Part shown: positions 1 through 9,741 of the stretch, one piece after another | How the letters are laid out: every line of letters starts with the position of its first letter | Numbering within the stretch: position 1 is the first letter of the stretch | Source: Amphiscolops sp. MND2022 | Taxonomy: Eukaryota | NCBI GenBank assembly: GCA_964187785.1 | Contig: OZ076409.1 | Span: 72,604,001 to 72,668,000, forward strand | DNA length: 64,000 nt | Direction: 5' to 3' | Program-made: the position numbers and the translations under genes | Notes under the pieces: generated by a model | The model's input: the letters and a program-made list of their open reading frames with translations, nothing else | The model's database searches: none | What the model was told of the DNA's origin: nothing

Positions 1-1809
1 AAATTAGCGCCCCCCACCGGGTTCCATACCCCGGAAAATTTTTTTCTGGCCACACGGGCGACCGTTAGGGGGTCATTTTAGGGGTAAAATTCATATTGGG
101 CCACATAACTTTTTTTCTGTTGATTTAAAACTTTGGGACCCTGCTAAAAGTTTCTTGACCGTGTTGCAGGGGCCCCGGAGGTCCAAACCAAATTTTTCTA
201 TCTTGAAGCTATCTCCAAGTACCCCCCCGCTCAAACCGTTATTTTCCCGGAAACGCAGGTTTTTGACCCGGAAGGAGTCGTCTGAGCGCGGGGTCGTTAG
301 GTGATGTATTGGGGACGGCCTTGAGACGAAGTGGGGGACATGTAGTTTGCCAACCTCAATTTACCCCCCGGACGGGAAATGACCGTTATATGAGCGGGAA
401 AAATGCCCCCCTCCACGTTTTACCGCTATTTCCGGTGTGAAGGAGTGGGAGTAGCGCGTCGGGTGCCATATATCAAAAGTAGGTTTAAACAAGGACCTAT
501 CGGAAACATGTGGTTTGGGACCCCCTGGACCAACCCGTAAGCAGGAAATGGGGCTTCCGGCCCGTTTTTTTTACGGTTAAAAACGGAAAATGGGCATTGA
601 GGGGTAAATATCTCGTGAACGCGTGGAGCTACGGTGTCCTTCACTACTACAAGGTTTCATACCCATGATATGGTGCCTTCAGGGGGGCAAACAGATTTCC
701 GCTATCTATCACCGTTACCGACTTGGCCCCCCAGCCTAACCGCTATTTGACCGGAAATGTCAGTTTTTGAGCCCTAAGGGTCGGTCCGAGCGTGGCATCG
801 TTAGGTAACTTATTGTATTACTCAATGAGACTAGTTGGGGGATATAGTTTCAGTCACCCCCCGTTACCCCTTGGGACCGGAAATGACCGTTATGTGGGTA
901 AAATTGCAATTTTTGTACTTTTTGAAGGGCAATTAGGTGCGGAAGGAGTGGTAATAGGTGCTTGGACACTATTTGAGGTAAGGGAGGACGTGAGGCGAGC
1001 ATTCAGAAATAACCGTTATGATGACCCCAAAGTCCCCCTGGTACCGTAAACGACCGGAAATGGTCGAATTTTGTGTCTATTGAGTACAAATGTTTGGTGT
1101 TTTATGAATAAAAGTACCTATTAGGTGTTTCGACGGTTTGCAGTAGTGAACATAGTCATGAAACCTTGTGGGGGGTAACGGTATATAGCACCGGAATTCC
1201 GAACCGTTGGAGACAGGATATGTTTTTTGGTCTTAAAATGTCTTTCGGCGTACTTTTGTCGACTATTATGGACTATTTTTCAAAAATAAAGTTTTTCCAT
1301 ATAGTTTCAGAGACTCCGAAACCTCAAACAACATAACCGTTACCTTATGATAGCCTTTCAAGTTGGCCTGGTGTCAACTTGGAAGGGCTATCCTTCAAAA
1401 ATCGTTAATCAAGTGTGTTTTTGGGTATGTTTTTATCATTTTAGAATCAATTAGAGCTCCAAGAAAAGTTTGCCAACGACAAAAACTATGTCGTGATGAT
1501 TCCGTTATTAGAACGATGGTTAACAAAATGTTGATAAAGTTGATTTTTTACATTTCAAATGTGTCCTAAAAGCCAGAAAACCTCTTTACCAAAAAAATGG
1601 TATTGATTGAATTGTATATAACAGGTAATAAAAGTTCAAATTGATTATTACGTTTCATTATTCAAGCTAAAAATTCATAACATAGTTTAATTAACGTCAA
1701 CGCCACATACTTTACATCAACGCCCACTGTCTGTGGGCATGCCGAGGCATGCCCTTCGACGACGTATACCAAATACATACCCAAACGACGCCCGTACATG
1801 CCGGGCTAG
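1..1809 (+). mobile_element. U0, family A short cassette (5'-truncated by window), putative non-autonomous Helitron-like/rolling-circle element
   Basis: Aligns to 1810-3779 at an offset of ~1970 bp; ends with core (1729-1767), module and CTAG. Confidence 0.6.
1735..1754. promoter_or_regulatory. p53/p63/p73-type response element GGGCATGCCG-AGGCATGCCC (representative; identical at all 26 unit ends, last copy 62526-62545)
   Basis: Two abutting decamers match RRRCWWGYYY at 19 of 20 positions, both with CATG cores and no spacer. It is also a perfect 20-bp inverted repeat apart from the 2 central bases. Confidence 0.6.
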
Positions 1810-3779
1810 GTGCGGGGGGAAACCCCATCCCTTATCTTGGAGGATTCGGGTAGGGTCCTGAATCCGAGTTCAGTGCCGCCAGCTCTCAGTAGAAATCTGG
1901 GAAATTTTTTGCGATCTCGTGATCTAACCATAGGATTTTAAAGTTGGAGCGGCCCCCACCAGATTTTCCAAAGTTATTCGCCCCCCACCGGGTTCCAGCG
2001 TGATTGAAATATTTTGTCGGGGTACACGGGCGACCGTTAGGGGTCATTTTAGGGGTAAAATTTATATCCGGTCGCATAACTTTTTTCCTGTTGGTTTAAA
2101 ACTTTGGGACCCTGCTAAAAGTTTCTTGACCGTGTTGCGGTGGCTCCGGAGGTCCGAACCAAATTTTTCTATCTTGAAGCTATCTCCAAGTACCCCCCCG
2201 CCCAAACCGTTATTTTTCCGGAAACGCCGGTTTTTGACCCGGAAGGAGTCGTCTGAGCGCGGGGTCGTTAGGTGATGTTTTGGGGACGGCCTCGAGACGA
2301 AGCGGGGGATATATAGTTTGCCGACCCCAGTTTACCCCCCGCACGGGAAATGACCGTTATATGAGCGGGAAAAATGCCCCCCTCCACGTTTTACCGCTAT
2401 TTCCGGTGTGAAGGAGTGGGAGTAGCGCGTCGGGTGCCATATATCAAAAGTAGGTTTAGACAAGGATCTATCGGAAACATGTGGTTTGGGACCCCCTGGA
2501 CCAACCCGTTAGCAGGAAATGGGGCTTCCGGCCCGTTTTTTTACGGTTAAAAACGGAAAATGGGCATTGAGGGGTAAATATCTCGTGAACGCGTGGAGCT
2601 ACGGTGTCCTTCACTACTACAAGGTTTCATACCCATGATATGGTGCCTTCAGGGGGGCAAACAGATTTCCGCTATCTATCACCGTTACGGACTTGGCCCC
2701 CCAGCCTAACCGCTAAGTGACCGGAAATGTCACTTTTTGAGCCCAAAGGGTCGGTCCCAGCCAGGGAACGTTAGGTAACTTATTGTAGTACTCATTGAGA
2801 CGAGTTGGGGGACATAGTTTCAGTCACCCCCCGTTACCCCTTGGGACCGGAAATGACCGTTATGTGAGTAAATTTGCCATTTTTGTCCTATTTGAAGGGC
2901 ATTTAGATGCGGAAGGAGTGGTAATAGGTGCTTGGACACTATATGAGGTAAGGGAGGACGTGAGGCGAGCATTCGGACATAACCGTTATGTTGACCCTAA
3001 AGTCCCCCTGGTACCGTAAACGACCGGAAATGGTCAAATTTTGTGGCTATTGGGTACAAATGTTTGGTATTTTGTAAATAAAAGTATCTATTAGGTGTTT
3101 CGACGGTTTGCAGTAGTGAACATAGTCATGAAACCTTGTGGGGGGTAACGGTATATAGCACCGGAATTCCGAACCGTTGGAGACAGGATAGGTTTTTTGG
3201 TTTTAAAATGTCTTTCGGCGTACTTTTGTCGACTATTATGGACTATTTTTAAAAATTAAAGTTTTTCCATATAGTTTCAGAGACTCCGAAACCTCAACCA
3301 ACATAACCGTTACCTTATGATAGCCTTTCAAGTTGGCCTGGTGTCAACTTGGAAGGGCTATCCTTCAAAAATCGTTAATCAAGTGTGTTTTTGGGTATGT
3401 TTTTATCATTTTAGAATCAATTAAAGCTCCAAGAAAAGTTTGCCAACGACAAAAACTATGTCGTGATGATTCCGTTATTAGAATGATGGTTAACAAAATG
3501 TTGATAAAGTTGATTTTTTACATTTCAAATGTGTCCTAAAAGCCAGAAAACCTCTTTACCAAAAAAATGGTATTGATTGAATTGTATATAACAGGTAATA
3601 AAAGTTCAAATTGATTATTACGTTTCATTATTCAAGCTAAAACTTCATAACAAAGTTTAATTAACGTCAACGCCACACACTTTACATCAACGCCCACCGT
3701 CTGTGGGCATGCCGAGGCATGCCCTTCGACGACGTATACCAAATACATACCCAAACGACGCCCGTACATCCCGGGCTAG
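1810..3779 (+). mobile_element. U1, family A short cassette (1970 bp)
   Basis: Head GTGCGGGGGGAAACCCC; GC-richer body; ends with core, ACCAAATACATACCC module and CTAG. Confidence 0.6.
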
Positions 3780-5319
3780 GTGGGCGGGGGTAATTCCCCA
3801 ACAAAAATTACGGCCGGCGGGTTGGGTCCTGCCGGACGTCAAATAGCAAAGAATATCTAGTAGGAAACGGCGACACAGAATCGCGATTTTTAAATCTAAC
3901 CACAATTTTTTGGACTTGGAGTGCATGCGGCCCTGAAATGCCCATACGAATCGAAGTTCCTGCTGACGTTAAGCGATTGAAATAATATATAAAAAGTTAT
4001 GGCCCATTTTTCACTCACATAGAAGGGTAAAATGAGGAAATTTTTAACAAAGTCGCTGATAACTCAAAATGTGTTAATTTTTGGACATTGACTGTGAAAC
4101 AAGCTTGGAACCTTCATTTCGTGGCTGTGGCATTGCACTGAACACAAAAGATGTAAAGTTTTTACATTTTTTGAAAATTCGACATTTCTGAAATTTTTTT
4201 CACTACTATCAGTACCCCATATGTCAAAAACGCTTCAGAAAAAATTTTTTATTTGCTTTAAATTGGAAACCTTGGTATCCATGGTTTCTGTCGGAACCTA
4301 CTCGCAGCCAAACACTCAACAGTTTGCATCCAATGTGAAAATAAAATTTTTTTCGGGGTCATAAGCGTTTCACAAGGATTTCTCAACTTAGTATTATTTT
4401 ACAAAATGGTCATTTTGAACACAATATTTTCATCGAGGCTTGTCGGCTATAGCCTTAATGTTCTAGAACGGTCCCACTGGCAACGTAGGAACCATTTATA
4501 GTAATGGAAAGTAATAAAAAAATATTTTCACCCGGTCTTCAGTCATTTTTCAGTCATTCGGAACTTAACTTAGAAAAATTTCGACCAAAATACCCATTTT
4601 TTGTCAGGTCGAAAATTCAAATTCAGATTTTTAAGCAAAATTATTAACTCTGACGTAACCCATGGGGCCCATAATACTCAAAACAACGATTGACACTGGT
4701 ATCAATGGCTTCAATAACATATGAGTCGCGATAAGACGTTATTTTGAGCATTACGTCTCAATTGAGGTAAAGATCTCGCAAGCCAGTGATCACAGTGAAA
4801 TGTGATTTCATCAAAAATTTACTCTTTTTTGTCAATCATTATGTGCACAGAATGCGTAGGGTGCGTTTCAGCACTATAATGAGGTTTTTCAAGGCATCGA
4901 GTTGCTCAAGGGGTGGTATGAGACATTTTTGTCCCATATACTACTGTATTTTCCAAAATTTTTAGCCCAATATCTGGAAATACAAACTTGACAAAATACT
5001 TTCAACTACTTTATTCAAAGGTTACAATATAGATGAACACTGTGGTTGATCAGAAACTTTCATCTCTTTCGTTTTCGGAAATATTTCCCTTCGCATGTGT
5101 TACATTCATAGCAGAAAAAAAAATCGAAACTGAAAAATACGCTATTTTGCTAATATAGAATCGCAATGATTGTGCCTAAAAACTCTTTAAACACTTCTAA
5201 CGCAACCTTACGCACCCAAAATGATCAATAATGCTATTCACAATGGTGACATGTGCTCTTTCTACGATCCTGGCTGGACAAGGTTTGCATATTTTTCAAG
5301 TACCTGTCAGCTAAATCTT

Positions 5320-5367
5320 GTGATAGCCTTTTCAGTTGGCCTTGTGTCAACTTGGGAAGGCTATCAC
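5320..5367 (+). other. Conserved internal ~45-nt stem-loop of short units (representative; family A copy at 1349-1392)
   Basis: GTGATAGCCTT..AGTTGGC-CTTGT-GTCAACT..AAGGCTATCAC inverted repeat, ~400 bp before CTAG in A and B units. Confidence 0.85.
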
Positions 5368-5725
5368 ATCAAAAAACCATCAACAAAAATAATTTTTGTT
5401 TATTGGATCTTACAGTCGATACTTTTTTTCGTGATTCTATACTACCGTTAGTATATTTCCTCAGGTCACCTTACGATTGCATTCAGTCTTTGATAAAAAC
5501 CTATGAACTCAAAGTCACATTTATATATTTTTTTGCCAAAAAAACATCAAAAATATCCAAAAAATATAAAATAGAGTCTTTAGCATTTTTACGTTTCAAG
5601 TTTCCGCCGTTATTAGGCCAATCAACGTCCTACAGCCACGCTCTCTGTCATACTGTACAACGCCACATAGTGTTGCGACGCTCACGGTCTGTGGGCATGC
5701 CGAGGCATGCCCTTCGACGACGTAT

Positions 5726-5764
5726 GCCGAATACCGCGGGCCTACGCCCGCGCTCCCCGGCTAG
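5726..5764 (+). other. Helitron-like 3' terminus: GC hairpin CGCGGGC-CTAC-GCCCGCG, 8 nt, CTAG (representative of 13 copies)
   Basis: An 18-nt hairpin ending 12 nt before the end of CTAG matches the canonical Helitron hairpin + CTRR geometry. Confidence 0.65.
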
Positions 5765-7757
5765 GTGCGGGGGGGAAACCCCATCCCTTATCTTGGAGGA
5801 TTCGGGTAGGGTCCTGAATCCGAGTTCAGTGCCGCCAGCTCTCAGTAGAAATCTGGGCATTTTTTTGCGATCTCGTGATCTAACCATAGGATTTTAAAGT
5901 TGGAGCGGCCCCCACCAGATTTTCCAAAGTTATTCGCCCCCCACCGGGTTCCAGCGTGATTGAAATATTTTGACGGGGTACACGGGCGACCGTTAGGGGT
6001 CATTTTGGGGGTAAAATTTATATCCGGTCGCATAACTTTTTTCCTGTTGGATTAAAACTTTGGGACCCTGCTAAAAGTTTCTTGACCGTGTTGCGGGGGC
6101 TCCGGAGGTCCAAACCAAATTTTTCTATCTTGAAGCTATCTCCAAGTACCCCCCCGCCCAAACCGTTATTTTTCCGGAAACGCAGGTTTTTGACCCGGAA
6201 GGAGTCGTCTGAGCGCGGGGTCGTTAGGTGATGTATTGGGGACGGCCTTGAGACGAAGCGGGGGATATATAGTTTGCCGACCCCAGTTTACCCCCCGGAC
6301 GGGAAATGACCGTTATATGAGCGGGAAAAATGCCCCCCTCCACGTTTTACCGCTATTTCCGGTGTGAAGGAGTGGGAGTAGCGCTTCGGGTGCCATATAT
6401 CAAAAATAAGTTTAGACAAGGACCTATCGGAAACATGTAGTTTGGGACCCCCTGGACCAACCCGTTAGCGGGAAATGGGGCTTCCGCCTCCTTTTTTTAC
6501 TGCTAAAACCGTAAAATGGGCATTGAGGGGTAAATATCTCGTGAACGCGTGGAGCAATCGTGTCCATCACTACTACAAGGTTTCATACCCATGATATGGT
6601 GCCTTCAGGGGGGCAAACAGATTTCCGCTATCTATCACCGTTACCGACTTGGCCCCCCAGCCTAACCGCTATGTGACCGGAAATGTCACTTTTTGAGCCC
6701 AAAGGGTCGGTCCCAGCCGGGGAACGTTAGGTAACTTATTGTAGTACTCAATGAGACGAGTTGGGGGATATAGTTTCAGTCAACCCCCGTTACCCCTTGG
6801 GACCGGAAATGACCGTTATGTGGGTAAATTTGCAATTTTTATACTCTTTGAAGTGTATTTAGGTGCGGAAGGAGTGGTAATAGGTGCTTGGACACTATAT
6901 GATGTAATGGAGGTCGTGAGGAGAGCATTCGGAAATAACCGTTATGTTGACCCCAAAGTCCCCCTGGTACCGTTAACGACCGGAAATGGCCAAATTTTGT
7001 GTCTATTGGGTACAAATGTTTGGTATTTTATGGATAAAAGTACCTGGAAGGTGTTTTAAAGGCCTCCAGAAGTGAACATAGTCATGAAACCTTGTGGGGG
7101 GTAACGGTATATAGCATCGGAAGTCCAAACCGTTGGTCACAGAATAGGTTTTTTGGTTTCAATATGTCTTTAGGCATAGTTTTGTGGGTTGAATCGTCAT
7201 AATATCAACTAATACGGACTTTTTTCGGAAATAAAATTTTTTCACATTAGTTTCAGGGACCTCCAATGCTTCAGTCAAAATAACCGTTACATTTTGATAG
7301 CCTTTCAAGTTGACCTGGTGTCAACTTGGAAGGGCTATCCTTCTAAAATCGTTAATCAACAGTGTTTTTGGGTAGGTATATGTTGCATTAGTACCAATTA
7401 GAGCTTCATCAACAGTTTGCCAACGGCAAAAACGATGTCGTGATAATTCCGTTATAAAAATATTAGTTAACAAATTGTTTTCAAAGTTGATTTTTTCCAT
7501 TAAAAATGTGTCCTAATGCCACCAAATTGAATAAAATAATAAATGGTATTGACTAAAACTAAATAACAATGAAAAAGAAGATCAACATTTTTATTAGGTC
7601 TCATTATGGAAGCAGAAACCTCACGTTTTAACTTAATTAACGTCAACGCCACATACTTTACATCAACGCCCACCGTCTGTGGGCATGCCGAGGCATGCCC
7701 TTCGACGACGTATACCAAACAACCTCCATATCTACACCCACCCGCGGTAGCAGCTAG
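5765..7757 (+). mobile_element. U3, family A short cassette with divergent 3' part (1993 bp)
   Basis: Near-identical to U1 until ~7045, then more diverged; different terminal module. Confidence 0.6.
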
Positions 7758-9741
7758 GTGGGCGGGGGTAATTCCCCAACAAAAATTACGGCCGGCGGGT
7801 TGGGTCCTGCCGGACGTCAAATAGCAAAGAATATCTAGTAGGAAACGGCGACACAGAATCGCGATTTTTAAATCTAACCACAATTTTTTGGACTTGGAGT
7901 GCATGCGGTCCTGAAATGCCCATACGAATCGAAGTTCCTGCTGACGTTAAGCGATTGAAATAATATATAAAAAGTTATGGCCCATTTTTCACTCACATAG
8001 AAGGGTAAAATGAGGAAATTTTTAACAAAGTCGTTGATAACTCAAAATGTGTTAATTTTTGGACATTGACTGTGAAACAAGCTTGGAACCTTCATTTCGT
8101 GGCTGTGGCATTGCACTGAACACAAAACATGTAAAGTTTTTACATTTTTGAAAATTCGACATTTTTGAAATTTTTTTCACTACTATCAGTACCCTATATG
8201 TCAAAAACGCCTCAGAAAATAATTTTTATTTGCTTTAAATTGGAAACCTTGGTATCCATGGTTTCTGTCGGAACCTACTCGCAGCCAAACACCCAACAGT
8301 TTGCATCCAATGTGAAATAAAAAATTTTTTCGAGGTCATAAGCGTTTCACAAGGATTTCTCAACTTAGTTTCAATTTACAAATTGGTCATATTGAACACA
8401 ATATTTTCATCGAAGCTTGTCAGATACCGCCCTAATGCTCACTAATGGGCCTACTCGCAACGTTGGAACCGTTTATAGTAATAGAAAGTTTAAAAAAAAT
8501 ATTTTCACCCGGTCTTCAGTCATTTTTCAGTCATTCGGAACTTTACTTAGAAAAATTTCGACCAAAATACCCATTTTTTGTCAGGTCGAAAAATCAAATT
8601 CACATTTTTAAGCAAAATTATTAACTCTGACGTAACCCATGGGGCCCATAATACTCAAAACAACGATTGACACTGGTATCAATGGCTCCAATAACATATG
8701 AGTCGCGATAAGACGTTATTTTGAGCAATACGTCTCAATTGAGGTAAAGATCTCGCAATCCAGCGATCACTGTGAAATGTGATTTCATCAAAAATTTACT
8801 CATTTTTGTCAATCACTATGTGCAGAGAATGCGTAGGGTGCGTTTCAGCACTATAATGAGGTTTTTGAAGGCATCGAGTTGCTCAAGGGGTGGTATGAGA
8901 CATTTTTGTCCCATATACTACTGTATTTTCCAAATTTTTTAGCCCAATATCTGGAAATACAAATTTGACAAAATACTTTCAACTACTTTATTCAGAGGTT
9001 ACAATATAGATGAACACTGTGGTTGATCAGAAACTTTCATCTCTTTCGTTTTCCGAAATAATTTCCTTCATATGTGTTACATTTGTAGCAGAAAAAAAAA
9101 TCGATACTGAAAAATACGCTATTTTGCTAATATAGAATCGCAATGATTGTGCCTAAAAACTCTTTAAACACTTCTAACGCAACCTTACGCACCCAAAATG
9201 ATCGAAAATGCTATTCACAATGGTGACATGTGCTCTTTCAACGATCCTGACTGAACAATTTTCGCAAATTATTCAAGTACCTGTTAACTGAATCTCGTGA
9301 TAGCCTTTTAAGTTGGCCTTGTGTCAACTTGGGAAGGCTATCACATCAAAAAATTTGCAACAAAAATACATTTTGTTTATTGGAAATGACAGTCGATGTA
9401 TAATTTTGTGATTCTATACTACCGTTAGTACCTTCCATTAAGTCACCTGACGATTGCATTCAGTCTTTGATAAATACCAATGAACTCGAAGTCATATTTA
9501 TAAATTTTGTGCTAAAAATAAACATAAAAATTATCCAAATTATTTAAAATTGAGTCTTTACCGTTTTTGTTTTTCTTTTTCTACTGTTATTAGGCCCATC
9601 AACTTCCTACAGCCACGCTCTCTGTCATACCGTACAACGCCACATAGTGTTGCGACGTGCACAGTCTGTGGGCATGCCGAGGCATGCCCTTCGACGACGT
9701 ATGCCGAATACCGCGGGCCTACGCCCGCGCTCCCCGGCTAG
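7758..9741 (+). mobile_element. U4, family B short cassette (1984 bp, head B1)
   Basis: Bounded by CTAG|GTG junctions; homologous to U2. Confidence 0.6.

Larger units (their letters stand above)
3780..5764 (+). mobile_element. U2, family B short cassette (1985 bp, head B1)
   Basis: Head GTGGGCGGGGGTAATTCCCCAACAAAAATTACGG; ends with core, CGCGGGC-CTAC-GCCCGCG hairpin and CTAG. Confidence 0.6.

Noticed and set aside
1729..1809. CRISPR-like look: 39-bp palindromic repeat followed by a 35-41-bp variable segment
   Set aside because: Repeats are 2-4.8 kb apart, the variable segments are reused and related to each other (one occurs 13 times), and there are no cas genes.
1810..3779. Solo LTRs, MITEs or SINE/LINE fragments
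   Set aside because: No TG...CA ends, terminal inverted repeats, target-site duplications, poly(A) tails or 5' truncations at any junction.
3690..3790. CGCCCACC upstream of the core versus GGTGGGCG at the junction as Helentron-type asymmetric inverted repeats
   Set aside because: It does not hold within units: most B units have the GTGGGCG head but a CGTGCAC tail, and A units have the CGCCCAC tail but a GTGCGGG head.
4170..4195. GAAAATTC and TTCTAGAA as heat-shock elements
   Set aside because: Only two-unit nGAAn matches, which are expected by chance in A/T-tract-rich DNA; no three-unit arrays were seen.
5253..5897. Longest ORF (214 aa) and its recurring relatives (MLFLRSWLDK...), plus all other ORFs in the track
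   Set aside because: Lengths vary from ~90 to 214 aa between copies through homopolymer frameshifts and stops, some run across unit junctions, and I recognise no domain (no HUH, helicase, RT, integrase or DDE motifs). They recur only because the DNA is repeated.
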